The notes under the pieces: generated by a model
The model's input: the letters and a program-made list of their open reading frames with translations, nothing else
Databases searched by the model: none
What the model was told of the DNA's origin: nothing
Shown here: piece after piece, positions 12,560 to 25,849 of the stretch
Numbering within the stretch: position 1 is the first letter of the stretch
Layout of the letters: the number at the start of each line of letters is the position of its first letter
Source: Eledone cirrhosa
Lineage: Eukaryota
DNA: 64,000 nt
Direction of reading: 5' to 3'
Assembly: GCA_964016885.1 (NCBI GenBank)
Contig: OZ024755.1
Coordinates: 23,684,001-23,748,000, forward strand
Translations under genes and position numbers: made by a program

Positions 12560-13110
12560 TTTTAGCTGCTTTCATGATTTGGTACATCAGTTTGAAGCTT
12601 CTGCGCTTGTCCCTCTACAGTACATAACTTTTGCTCTGTAACAATTAATACACTGTTCTATACTACCTCATTAAATAAGATATGATGTACATAGCTTGAT
12701 GCCTTCAGCATTTCAGCAAATATCTCTGGTGCATTTGTTGTTTTCCTTGTCTCTATCTCATCTAAGTAATTGTTTCTACTTTAGGCACAAGGCCAGCAAT
12801 CACCCAGTGCATTACTGGTACTTTATTTTATCGACCCCGTAAGGATGAAAGGCAAAGTCAACCTCGGCGGGATTTGAACTCAGATCATAAAGGGACGTAA
12901 CTATGCTGGAAAGCATGGCGTCCGACCCTCTACCGATACTCCCAATCCACCGCCTCTATCTCATCTAAGTAATGATGTTCAGTTGGTTCCACATAGTATA
13001 GCTCTTCACAATTTCACTAATTTTCTCCATTCAACAACTTCTTGTGACCTAGTAACATTGATATGCCTCTTTCTTTCCACTACCACCAAGAAGAAGAGCA
13101 TTTGTTTTTA
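12560..13110 (-). mobile_element. Old RTE RT fragment interrupted by a SINE
   Basis: PEIFAEMLKAS and FKLMYQIMKAAK match the 16250-16460 motifs. Confidence 0.6.
12768..12953 (-). mobile_element. tRNA-derived SINE family 1, full length with 20-bp TSD
   Basis: Box A/B head, core gcctttcatccttacggggtcgataaaataaagtaccag (resembles the Meta-SINE domain); TSD ctctatctcatctaagtaat at 12751 and 12954. Confidence 0.92.
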
Positions 13111-13779
13111 TAAACATCACTTTCACTCTGATCAATCAACAAGATCCCAGACCTCATTCGCTTGGTGAATGGAGTGGACCTCGTTAAATTGGACCAAAGA
13201 AACAACGTTTCCATTGGTCTTTCCATTGCTGATACTATCTACCAGTTGCAACTCCTGGCAGAAGGAGCAATGTGAAATAACGTGTCTTTTTCAAAGACAC
13301 AATGCATCACCCTGTCCAAGAATTGAACTCACAACACTAAACCATGCACCTTCTCTTATAAAGATACTTCTTTTTAATATCATCTTTATTCATATGAACA
13401 CATTGTATTGAAATTCACAACACTTCACAACTCTCATTCTTATGCTGAAATACATTAGCAAATCCTTTGCTTTTAACTTCTCTCTAAGATAATATATCTT
13501 GGTACCTATCAGGCTTTGTGATATGACTCCCTGCTACCTACCTTCTTGCCTATCTTTTTGACATGTTATGAAATTCTTATAACTCTATCCTCTATTATTC
13601 CACCATCAAGCTGTCAACCAGTGAACTGGATTTCGATTCCATCCTAACAATTGGTCAGCAGCATACAATAGGCTGCTCCTTAAAAGTATTCAGTTGTCAT
13701 CCATTCTGGTACTTTCAATTACACTGAATTTTATTTAAGTATCAACAGCATCATAGAATTGATAAATGTGTCCAAACAT

Positions 13780-14372
13780 GGAGGAGCCGAATTCACACTG
13801 TCATGCCTCCATCTCTCTCTATTATGAGCAAATGGGTTCCCACGTGCTGGCTGCCCCACAGCCCTGGCGGACAGAATAGAGAAGGCATTTCCCTGGAGGA
13901 TGGTAAGGGAAGTGTGCAGGAAGAGCCATTCCATCTCGCGGGGCTCATACTTGTGACTGGCCAGCTAGGTGCCTATGGTGGTGAGTAGGGAGGTAGCCCT
14001 AGGGCCAAGGACACCAGAAGTCTCCACTGCTAGGGGCATGACCGCAAACCTGTCGGAGAGTGACCGATGCTTGGAGAGTTTACCCTCCTCAGCCCCGAAG
14101 TGCAACAGAACCTGGATTAATCACAGACTGCACCAGGTTGTGGCTGGAGAAAGTGTCACTGCAAGTGGCATCTCAGATGAGGGGTTTGCCACCACGGAAA
14201 GGGAAGATGGTCATACCGTCTGGCTTTTTGCCATCCCCTCCATCTAGCCCCACCGGCTTGAGCTGGGAGGAGAAGCCTGCAGCAGCCAAGCCATGCTTTA
14301 TGACCTCGTTGAGGGCAGCATGGCATGGCATGGAAGGTGACCGGCACTCCTAATATAATAGGCACCACCTAG
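13780..14372 (+). mobile_element. GC-rich island, probably the 5' UTR of a LINE
   Basis: Abrupt GC rise with no coherent ORF; assignment by general resemblance only. Confidence 0.4.
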
Positions 14373-14669
14373 TGATATTTGGAAGTTTCATCTCATAGAA
14401 GTATATTTAATGATTAGACACAAAAGAGTGTCATTTGTATTTTTGACATAGCATTTATAGTCCTTTCCAATACTTCTCTCTTTTTCTGTATGTTTATGTG
14501 TAATGTTATTTATACAACTAACTTCAGAAAATAAAATATAAATTATTTTGGGGCATTAGTATGTCATCAAAAAGAAAAAAGAACAAGCAACAAGAGGGAA
14601 AGAGAAGTAAAAAGAAAATAAGAAAGAAAAAGTACAAGGGGAAAAAAAAAGAAGAATGCTGGGTAACAT

Positions 14670-14930
14670 GTATGTATGTGTGTGAGTATGTATGTGTGTG
14701 AGTATGTATGTGTGTGAGTATGTATGTGTGTGAGTATGTATGTGTGTGAGTATGTATGTGTGTGAGTATGTATGTGTGTGAGTATGTATGTGTGTCAGTA
14801 TGTATGGGTGTCAGTATGTATGTGTGCCAGTATGTATGTGTGAGTATGTAAGTGTGTGAGTATGTATGTGTGTCAGTATGTATGTGTGTGAGTATGTATG
14901 TGTGTGTCAGTATGTATGTGTGTCAGTATG
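14670..14930. repeat. About 16-bp GT-rich minisatellite
   Basis: gagtatgtatgtgtgt repeated. Confidence 0.95.
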
Positions 14931-14949
14931 CTTGTGGTTTTCTTCTTGT

Positions 14950-15212
14950 GTCCACAAGAGTGTCAGTTACAAAGCTTCGCTAGATGTGGTTCCACCACAG
15001 CTGAACACACTGCTGTCCTTTCTCATTAAACTCGTCCAAGTCCAATGCTGTGCAGGGGTATTCCAGCAGGGGGCATATAAGGAGGTGATGCGTAGTCTGT
15101 GGTTCGATGCTGCAGTCATACACAACGTCGCCACCCTTTAAATATCCCCATCGTGCACCTATGCCAAGATCGTCTGCATAGATGAAGCGGCGGGTGTCTG
15201 CACTTATTAGCA
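14950..15212 (-). mobile_element. Internally deleted non-LTR retrotransposon fragment
   Basis: RRFIYADDL is joined directly to a C-terminal xDC....QT.HHLL.CP knuckle. Confidence 0.75.
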
Positions 15213-15356
15213 ATAATGATACTGCGTTTTCCTTGTTTGTTTTTACTTTTTACTGTTTTCTGACTGTTGTTCACATTGCACTATATATATATTTAACTTG
15301 TAATGGTCAGTTCAAGAATTAGACCTTTCACCTCAGGGGTTTCTTGAGAAGCTGAT

Positions 15357-15480
15357 AGTCTCATGGCACTAGTGCACTTTCATTGCATTATAGCTGCATA
15401 CCAATTGGCGAAACTGTGCAGTCGGGACTTTGGAGAAAAAATTAGGTATATTTTGTCTATTTTCTCTTCACATTTATAAT
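15357..15480 (+). mobile_element. Decayed HHR-bearing element
   Basis: GAA actg-tg-cagt C gggact pairs with upstream agtctc; 5' core decayed; donor-like ttag|gtata downstream. Confidence 0.45.
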
Positions 15481-15491
15481 TGATATATATA

Positions 15492-17095
15492 TACCCCGGG
15501 GAAGAATGCACCCCGCAACATAGGTTAGTCGTTAGTGACATCTCAGTAAGCACGAGAAAGAATGAGACATACAGGAAGGTGTGGAAAAGAAAGGTCAGGA
15601 AGCTAAAAGACCTTTCATTAAAATATAAATTAGCAAAGCCCTTCAAGACGTGTATGACGAAAAAGAAGACGATTTAGAGTTGTATGACATAGATGATAAC
15701 TGGAATTTCTTATGTGAGACCTTACTGCAGGCTACTGATGAAATTTGTGGTTGGGGCAGAGCTTCAACCAGACAGAGAGTGACCTGGTGGTGGAACAGCA
15801 TGGAAGATAGGACTATTAGAGACAAAAGACTGGCATGGAAGGCTTGGAAAAATGGTGGGAGTAGGGAAGGATACACAACCGCTAGGAGAGAAGCTAGACA
15901 TCAGGTGTACTTAGCACGCAGGGAGGCTGAGAGTAGGAGGTTTGCCAATGTTCTGCGATGGGAAGATCAGAGATGTGCGGTGTTCCACATTGCAAGGCAG
16001 TGTGTCAGTGCAAATCAAGATGTTGTTGGAGATAAGTGTGTCCGGAATGATGCTGGTGTACTTAGTGTCATGAATGATCATAAAAAGGAGGCCTGGAAAT
16101 GTCACTATGAGAGACTGATGAATGTGGAGAATGAATGGAACAGAGAGAAATTACCCCCAGTAGACCCAACAGAAGGACCAGCTATTGAGATTGACGAAAA
16201 TAGGGTACAAGAGGCAATTAAAGAAATGAAGAATGGTAAGGCTGCTGGACCGTCGGGGATAGTTGCTGAGATGCTGAAGGCATCAGGTGAAGTAGGCATT
16301 AAACTGGTTGCACGCATCATCAATCAAGTTATATAAGGTGGTGTCATACCCAAACACTGGTGCAGCAGTATTCTCATAAATTGCTACAAAGGTAAAGGGG
16401 ATGCTCTAGAGAGCAGCAATTATAGGGGCATAAAGCTGATGGATCAAGTTATGAAAGTGGCAGAGAGAATATTAGCGCAACTGATTAGAGAAAAGTTAAA
16501 ATTAGATGAGATGCAATTTGGTTTTGTGCCTCGGAAAAGTACAACAGATGCCCTCTTCTTAGTGAGGCTATGGAAACAGCAGTTGGAATCAAGAGGACTG
16601 AGTGTGAACATAGCTAAGACAAAAGTGTTGATAAGTAGAAGAGAGAACAATACTTCGATTCCATCAGGGAAATGGCCATGTTCGATATGTAGGAAAGGAA
16701 GTGGCATAAATTCGATAAAATGTATGCAATGCAGATCTTGGGTACACAAGAGATGTAGTGGGATAGCAGGAAAACTAACGGGTAGGGAAAACTATGTATG
16801 CAGTAGATGTACAGGGAAAGTTTGCAGTATTAATCGCAGTGATAGACACATTTTTCCAATGCAGGTGGGTTCTATAGAAGTGGTTGATAGCTTCCGGTAC
16901 CAAAGTGATCAGATTAGCATGGGGGGGGGGGTTCTGAGGCCATAGCATCTAGAATAAGGACGGGTTGGAAGAAGTTTAGGGAGCTACTTCCTTTGTTGAC
17001 AAAGACGGGTTTCTCCCTGCATACGAAAGGACGGTTATATGATGCCGATGCGCGATGCTGCATGGTATTGAGACAAGGGCAGCGGCTGCAGAAGA
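15492..17095 (+). mobile_element. RTE-clade LINE fragment (endonuclease end, RT with internal deletion, Cys/His finger)
   Basis: QHRLVV, TWWWN, KAAGPSGIVAEMLK, YKGKGDAL..NYRGIKL, MQFGFVPRKSTTDA then a jump to WK..LESRGL (YADD region deleted); stop at about 16334 and a frameshift in poly-G. Confidence 0.9.
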
Positions 17096-17827
17096 AGAAC
17101 AAGAAGGAGATATAGATGGGCCATGTTTAGATTGTTCTATTTAATGATATGTTTGAATTCAGATCAGAAAATATTACATCCATATGTCATAGCTGATCCT
17201 ACATGCTGGAAATTATTTCCAGAATCGTTCCAAACATTTTTTAATTCCTCCTCTTCATCATAAAAGCATAAGATGCAATGGGAAGATGACCACGTAGCTA
17301 CTCTAATAAATATAATGCCTTTCTTCATCAGTATGTATTTGATTTAGAATAAATACATTGTGTCTCTGAATCATGTAAGAAGTGACAGCAAGGACGTCAA
17401 AGCTGACTCCATGAGGGGTTTATATATATCCCAGTCGGTACTAAACTAAATATTTTGTGTGTTGAGTTTATGTGAATCATATTAAGTGGAATTATAACAA
17501 TTATTTAAAAGTTATTGAGGGGGAAGGTGTGTGTGTGTGTGTGCACTTGTCTTATACATTGCCGTTCTTTATTTCCTCTTTCACTCTTTCAGTCACTTCT
17601 GTGCACAAACACACTTCTCCTCCTCCTCTTTCAATCTTTTCTATATTTCATTTTCCTATCACCCACCTTGTGTATTATCTCTCTATTGACCACTGGCCAC
17701 TGGTTTCTGTCCTCAGAGGCATTTTTGCCCATTGCTGTCTTTGATAGCATTTGACTGTTTTAACGACTTTTCTAGTGATGAGTTTTTTCATTTTTATATA
17801 AATTTAATTATTTAAAAATATATAATG

Positions 17828-19633
17828 ACTAATAATAATTTCTTTATTGACCACTAGGGTCTACATATAATGGGGAGGAGGGGAAAGTTGATTAAATTGA
17901 GCCCAGTGCATTACTGGTACTTTGTTTTATTGACCCTTGTAAGGATGAAAGGCAAAACTAACCTTAGCAGAATTTGATCTCAGAACATAAAGGTCCATAA
18001 CTCAATGCCATGAAGCATGGTGTCCGACACTCTACCGATTCTGCAAATCCACTGCCTCTCTAAATAATTGTTTCTACTTTTGGCACAAGGCCAGCAATTA
18101 TCCCAGTGTATTACTGGTACTTTATTTTATCGACCCCGTAAGGATGAAAGGTAAAGTTAACCTCGGCGGGATTTGAACTCAGATCATAAAGGGCCGTAAC
18201 TCTTTGCTGCAAAGCATGGCTGCCTATATATAATTACTAATAAGCAGAGTTTAGTCGAACACTCTTTAGTCAATCTGAACAAGCTGAAGATTGAAGAAAA
18301 ATTTACATTTTTTAATACTCTTTTTAATCCTAATGTTATGTTAATTTGTTTTATTTTACATATATTTCTTTGTTTTCTAATATATGTTTTTTTAAAAATA
18401 TTTATTTCATTTTCTATGCGGATGTGAACCAAAATTACATTAAATCCTATTATAAGACAACAAAGAATATTAAATAAGATTAGTGTTTTGGTTTACTCTC
18501 TATCTGTGAGATGGAAATGAAATGTTATAAAGAAATATCTCAATAATGAGACATTAGAGCTTAGATCATAGATTGGTAGTCTACTGTTGTTACTGAATAG
18601 CTCCAGGCGACTTTACTTTAACAAACCTATAGCATAGTTAAGAGCAAAATACAAATCTTTTACCCTAGATATGCAGAAATTCATCTGTATACATGCTGTA
18701 TACTTTGCAGCATATAGCATATATGCAGGATCTGTGTGAGGTGCAAGATGGTAGATATAGAATGACATAATAAATTGGTAGAGTCATTAACCTGTTGACT
18801 GCTGTGTATATTTTACACAGCTACAGTTGCTGTGCCATTTTGTTTTTCAATAAAATGACTATTTTTTAAAACAAACATTTATTAACAACACATATCTGAA
18901 TGATTGACAAACGTCACATCAATAAACTAGTAACCCCATCTAGCTTTGAAGTTATGAACTATTGGAAAAGAGTTCAAACATGTTAGGATGAGATATCTCG
19001 TGCATGGTACTGGAATGCATACATGTTAGGACGAGTTATCTCATCTACAACACTGAAGAGGTTAAAGAGTGGGAAAGAAGGCCTTCTAGTATTTGTTCTG
19101 AGTTCAAATCCTGCTTAAATCAAATTTACTTCTCATCCTTTCAGTATTGATAAAATAATGTACCAGTTATGTCTCTAGTTTCAGGATATCTTTCTTTCTT
19201 TCTTTCATTCAACAGTTTTGGGAGTCTTGAAATAATTGTTTCTACGTTTTGGCACAAGGCCAACAATAACCCAGTACATTACTGGTACTTTATTTTATCG
19301 ACCCCGTAAGGATGAAAGGCAAAGTTAACCTCGATGGGATTTGAACTCAGACCGTAAAGGGACGTAACTATGCTGGAAAGCATGGTGTCCGACCCTCTAC
19401 CGATACTGCCAATTCTGGTTTCTGAATTAAGCACAAGGGTAACAATTTTTTGGGAAGGGAAAGTTGATTAAATCAACCCCAGTATGTTACTGGTACTTTA
19501 TTTTATTGATCCTGTAAGGATGAAAGACAAAGTTAACCTGGACAGGATTTAAAGGAAAGAATGTAAAGGGCCGTAACTCTATGCTGCGAAGCATGTTGTC
19601 CAATGCTCTACTAATGCTGCCAATCCACCACCT
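17828..19633 (-). mobile_element. Cluster of five SINE family 1 copies (17828-18055, 18064-18222, 19232-19412, 19418-19633 on -; about 19065-19170 on +)
   Basis: Shared core sequence. Confidence 0.85.
18787..19064. mobile_element. TTAA-flanked MITE family B (also 4405-4640, 9686-9922, 26551-26871)
   Basis: ttaa-cctgttgactgc ... ctgaagagg-ttaa; four similar copies. Confidence 0.8.
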
Positions 19634-19887
19634 TAAAATAAAGGGTGATCAGTGCTAACTTTCCCTCCCTGACTAATAGAGACAAAGTGAACTTAGTTGA
19701 TGAACACAATTCTTGTTTCTTTGTTATATATTGAGGCAGTGTAGTAGCCAATTATCTATAGAAGGTAATTTAATGTTTGTTGTTTGTGTTTGACAATACT
19801 TAGTGCACTACTTTTAAAGTTAAGTAGCCCCTTGTAAGTTAGTGGAAGATATATTAAGGTTTCTGATGTGACTGGTATAGTTTATAA

Positions 19888-20374
19888 GGAATCTTATCAC
19901 CACTGCTTTTCTGTTTAGCACTAACACTATTAACTGAGACACTAAACTGAACTGGAATAGGGTATAAATGCTACAACAAGAAAATTAACCATCTCCTCTA
20001 TATAGATGATCTAAAGCTGTATGCTGCAGATGAAAGACAACTCAAAACACTGCTACAAACAGTACATGGATTCATAACAGAAATAAGCATGAAATTTGAA
20101 CTAAAAAAATACGCCAAGGCAACTCTGAAGAGAAGAAAACTAGTGAAAAAAAAAAAACATCTAATGAAGAACAAATAGAAGTTAATAGAAATTGCCACGA
20201 AACAAACAAAACAAAAATTGTTCTCTGTCTTCAAGGAAGCCAACACATTCGAAACAGAAACTGGATTAAAAGATAACAGTGAAGAAAATTAAAACACAGA
20301 AGAAACAACAGAAACTGTGAAAAATAAAATAAAATGTCTTCTAATTGATGTACCAATCCCCACAGATGATAATA
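19888..20374 (+). mobile_element. Dong/R4-clade (restriction-like endonuclease) LINE fragment
   Basis: LSPLLFCLAL...KINHLLYIDDLKLYA...ISMKFELKKYA; later CLLIDVPIPTDDNI. Confidence 0.85.
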
Positions 20375-20376
20375 TA

Positions 20377-21150
20377 CAGGGTGGGGCATAAGTTTAGAAG
20401 CAAATAAAAATAATTTTAATAACAAAACTACTAAGTTTATTGACCAGCAACATATATGTAATTAAACATAAATATCTTTGAAATATAATGTATAAAGTTT
20501 ATTCTAAATGACCCCCTCATGAAGCAATAACAGACTCTAATCTCTGGCAAACATCTTTCACTGAAACACGCAACATTTATTGGGGAATTTCTTTTGAAAT
20601 GCTCAGTAAAGATGCTTTTAAATCATCGACTGTCTTATGGACATTTGAACAGGCTTTTTCTCCAAGTATAGACCATACTGAAAAGTCTATAGAGTTCAAA
20701 TCAGATGAACAAAGAGGCCACATATCTTTTGACCAGAAGCTCAGAAGATGGTCTGGACCAAGCTTGTGTGACATTTGCTGTATGGGAGGTGGCTCCATCC
20801 TGTTAGAAGATCCACAGATAATCATTGCCAAAATAATTAGTTGCAGAAGCAAGCATAGGCTCTAGAATACCGTTTATGTAAGTTTGGGAGCTGATTTTGA
20901 TCTTTCTTCCACAAAAATGAGAGGAGACTTCCAAGATAATGAAACAGCCCCCCCCCCCCCACACACACACGACTATAACAGAAGCTGGTTTCATTGTATG
21001 GAATACAGAATTTGGGTCTACAGTGATTGTTGATGCCTTTTTTCCAATAACTCAATCATTTCTTTCGTTGTGTCTGCTCAACAGTGAACATCTTTTCATC
21101 TGACCAGACAATTTCTCCCACCATGCCATGTTCCATTTCTTTAAGCAACA
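20377..21150 (-). mobile_element. Decayed Tc1/mariner-superfamily transposon (DD..D, maT-like)
   Basis: QQDGASSHT, WPLCSSDLNSIDFSVWSIL, TVDDLKASL; TA-cagggtg terminus. Confidence 0.85.
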
Positions 21151-21677
21151 CACACACATATATAGCATAAAAATATCATTACTTGGCACTGAACACATAT
21201 TACGAAGAAACAACACCAACAAACACCACACTACACATACCCAAAGTACACAGAGCTGTGCCTCAGTAATGCAGTAATAACGCACAATAAAAATAAGAAT
21301 AATAGTAGTTATAATTATAATAATTGTTTCTACTTTTGGCACAAGACCAGCAATTACCCCAGTGTATTTCTGTTACTTTATTTTATTGACCCCGTAAGGA
21401 TGAAGGGATTTGAACCCAGACCATAAAGGGCCGTAACTCTTTGCTGCAAAGCATGGCGTCTGACCCTCTACCGATACTGCCAATCCACCGCCCATTGCCA
21501 ATCCACCACCCATGTCATTCTAACTATCATCATCAACAAATTAATTTTGACAGGAGTTAGATTTATTAACTAAGTTTCATATAGCCTCAGTGATTCAACT
21601 CTAGTTAATATTTCTGATGATTAATGCCGATTCAATTTATTTTAAATTTATACTGTTTTCATGTCTAAGTAAGAGTA

Positions 21678-22285
21678 TCATCATCATCATCATTTTACGT
21701 CTGCTTTTCTCTCTTTGCAAGGATGGAGTAGGTCCTCTTCAGCACAGCATCTCCCCAATCGTCATGGTCCTTTTTCATCTCCTCTGTGAGCTTCAGCGAT
21801 CTGAGGTCAGCTCTCACCACCTCCACCCATGTTTTCCGTGGTCTTCCTCTACTGCAACTTCCTTACACTGGAATTACTGGATTACTTGGCACTTCTTCAC
21901 CCAGCAGTCATCATCCAAGTGCATTACATGGCAATACCAACATAGTCCTCTCTCCTGCACACTACAACTTATTCCTCTTATGCACAGTTTCTCTCTCAAC
22001 TTGTCCATGCTTGGTTGTTCACACACACATTGACATTGCAAATCCAATGAAGCATGCTTGGTTCATTTCTCGCCAACCTTTGCATATCCTCCACAGTTGC
22101 TGCCCACATGTCACTAGCATCACGCACCACACACACACAGGCATCATACAACCATCCTTTCATGTGCAGAGCGTAACCCTTTATTGTCAACAGTGGAAGC
22201 AGCTCACTAAACTTCTTCCATCATGTCCTTATTCTAGATACTATGGCCTTGGAGCATCTTCCCGCCTTGCTAATTTGATCACCGA
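21678..22285 (-). mobile_element. Decayed RTE LINE 3' fragment, same family
   Basis: Nucleotide similarity to 39820-40400; (GAT)n tail. Confidence 0.85.
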
Positions 22286-24598
22286 TTGATCAGTAATTGG
22301 TTTTAATTCTATTCTAAATCCCAGTTTACTCAATCATTGGAAACCATTCTCTTATCTTGGCAATCATTACTTTAGTTTTTGGAAAGCAAATTTTAGTTTT
22401 CATAAATAGACATTGTTCAGACATCATCATCATCATCATCATCATCATTTTACGTCTGCTTTTTCCCTGCTTGCAAGGGTGGGACGGGAACTGATTCTGA
22501 CTTGATTTCTACAGCTGGATGCCCTTCCTAACACCAACCTCATTTACAGTGAGTGCTGGGTGCTTTTATTTCCGTGGCACCTCCACTACCACTTTGCAGT
22601 GGAATGATATGGACCCCAGTCCCTATCATCTCATTTCTACAGCTGAGTAAACTGGAACAATGTGAAATAAAGTGTCTTGCTCAAGGAAACAACACATCAC
22701 CCAGTCTGAGAATTGAACTCACAACCTTTCGATTGCAAGGCCAATGCTCTAACCACTAAGCCATGTGCCTAGTCCTACTAATGATGATACTACATGCATA
22801 TAACCTGTGGCAAAATAGGAATATAGCACTTTATAATAATTACCACAGTTTCTTTTGTGAAGAATAATGTTTCTTATTTTGTCATTAATCATGTTTCTTA
22901 TATCCAAAAGAAGTGGAAATCTTCCTTAATTTGAAACCATTTCTTACTACTTTCCTTTTCTTCTATCATTGTCTACAGTCATATATATATATATATACAT
23001 ATAGACCCGCATTCCCATGCATGCAAAATTAAACCTACAGTCAGTAGGCACCTCTTAACCCAATATACACCCCTCTCTCACCTCTACTCCATCCTCCTAT
23101 TTCCATCCACTGTAACCTGGTCGTGTAGGTGACATAACAAAAAGCACCCAGTCCACACTGTAAAGTGGTTGTGTAGGTGACACAGCACAAAGGCTCCCAG
23201 TCCATACTGTAAATGTGGTTGGTGTTAGGAAGGGCATCCAGCCATAGAAAACCTGCCAGAAACAGTTCTGTATGAGCAAGACATGGTCTCTGACCAATCT
23301 CGCCTCAAATGGGACAAAACCGTCCAACCCATGCTAGCATGGAGGATGGATTTTAAACGATGATGATGATGTACATATATTGAGCACCCTAGTATTGTAA
23401 TGAGGTAGTGCTGATGTCAAGATAAAATTCACCCAGCACACACTGTAAAGTGGTAGTGCTGGTGCTATGAGGTAAAGCACCTAGACCATCTTCTAAGCTG
23501 GTAGCTCCAGAGTCATGTTGAAATGCTCCCTGTATATGCTATAAAGTAGTTGGCAATAGAATGGCCATCTAGCTGGAGAAACCAAAGAAACAATAAGCAG
23601 GACATAGTCACCTATCTTGTCTGTCCTCTGTACATGACAGCCTGTCTAACCCATGCAAAATAGTCATTAAATAGTGATGATATATATATATATGTATATA
23701 TGAAATTTAAATTAAAAGCAAAATTTTATCCCAAAGAGAGGAAATTAGAACGTTATCCACTGAAGGTTCCTTAAACCCTGCTGAAGAGACTTTTAGGTCA
23801 CAAAATATTAGACAGATAAAAGAACGACGACGAAACAAAACAAAGATTACCAGGTAACTTTTACTTTTTGTTACCTCATCTTACAGTCCATTTTGCATTG
23901 TTTAGCCTTCTATCTCTTTCAACATTGTATATTATATACAATGCTTCAAGCAAACTATTATATTTTATTATAGCCGTCGAAACGGCTTAAGCTCTGCCGT
24001 TGGGGTCATACCTTTTCCTATATATATATATATATAAGTATTAAAGTTTCCGTTGAAAATTGAAAAAGTCAGAGGAATGAAGAATGCTCTATGTAAGTTA
24101 CAGAGCTAAATATTTAATGTATAATAAACAATACAGTATAATTACCTCATTACCAGAGGTTTCCCGAATAAGACGAATACAAGAAATGTCCGCATTCGTT
24201 CGTCAGACAAGGCAATTTAAAACAGACGTTTCTTGTATTCGTCTTATTCGTGAAACCTCTGGTAATGAGGTAATTATACTGTATTGTTTATTATACATTA
24301 AATATATATATATATATATATATATATAGATATGGATGAATAAAGTTCATTACCAAATGCTAAAAAGCTCAATATATTACTCGCTTATGGAAGAATACAG
24401 AGCATACTAATTTAAATCAATAGACAACAAAAGAAGGTACTTCAAATAATTTTATTAATGACTATGCACATATGTCTCTCGGGAGAAAATAACCTTTCCT
24501 TTTATCAAAAAATCTCTTTAAAAAATCTCTTCAATTTCCTTACCTTATTAACTATTGGTTCTTGTTTTTCTTTGGGACTTGTATCCTCCAAATCCCAC

Positions 24599-24666
24599 AT
24601 TAATGTCCTGATGATATTTTAATGTTACCTGGTCACATTGAAGTTGAATTGCATGTAGGCATTAAT
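24599..24666 (+). ncRNA. Hammerhead ribozyme (A15.1 mutated)
   Basis: attaatgtc CTGATGA t[10-bp stem II]t GAA ttgcatgt A ggcattaat; 9-bp stem I. The inverted partial copy at 24409-24470 retains atgtgcat-A. Confidence 0.7.
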
Positions 24667-25544
24667 AAAATGATTTGAAGTACCTTCGGTAGTTGTCACT
24701 TGATTTAAATACACTCCTTTAATAATGGGTTTTTAAACCCGAAAATGTTTGGGATTATTAAATTTGCTAAGGTAAGAAAGTTTCATTTTATATATCATTT
24801 CATTTTCATCATTTCATTTTACGCCCACTTCTTCCCTGCTTGCAAGGGTGGGACGGAAACTGATTCTGGCTTGATTTCTACAGCTGGATGCCCTTCCTAA
24901 CACCAACCTCATTTACCGTGAGTGCTGGGTGCTTTTTTTGCCGTGGCATCTCCACGACCACTTTGCAGTGGAGTGATATGGACCCCAGTCTCTATCATCT
25001 CATTTCTACAGCTGAGTAAACTGGAGCAATGTGAAATAAAGTGTCTTGCTCAAGGAAACAACACATCACCCGGTCTGAGAATTGAACTCACAACCTTTTG
25101 ATTGCAAGGCCAATGTTCTAACCACTAAGCCATGTGCCTCCATAGGCATTTATATTAGTAATAGGTATAGTACCAGGAAAAACAAGAACGACTAGGGAGG
25201 AAGAAATGGTTTAGAAGAAGATTATTTTCTCCTTCTAACCACTTCTTCCTGCCAAGTCATTCCTGTTTTTTTCTGGTACTATACCTATTACTATTATAAA
25301 TATTTCATGCCATAAACTCTTTAATTAGATTATTACTGTACACCTTGCAAGGAAAACGTTGAGAAAAATATCTTTTTAAGCAATCTTCCATATTTATTTT
25401 GTTGACACACTTGATTCACACAAACGAAATTTAATTTGACTTATCTTCGTATATATATATATATATATACATATATCATCATCATCGTCATCATTTTACG
25501 TCCACTTTTCCCTGCTTGCAAGGGTGGGATGGGACTGATTCTGG

Positions 25545-25588
<44 letters not shown>

Positions 25589-25818
25589 CATATATATATA
25601 TATATATTATATCCAGGGAGTGTAATGGGCAGTTATTGTAGGTTCACCCAGGTGAGCACTCGATGTTTAAATCCACTGTCATTACCACAGCAGAGGTCCG
25701 ACAAGCTTTTGATTCCAGAGTTGGACCAGATCGATACAGATCAAACCTTGAGCTGATCAATAGCAAAATGTGCGTCACCAATCAATGAATGTAATGAAGA
25801 AATAACAAATTGTCCTTG

Positions 25819-25849
<31 letters not shown>

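Noticed and set aside
13820-13970. Possible HDV-like ribozyme at the start of the GC-rich island (atgagc/gctcat pairing)
   Set aside because: Could not build P1.1, P2 and J4/2 by eye; needs a descriptor search.
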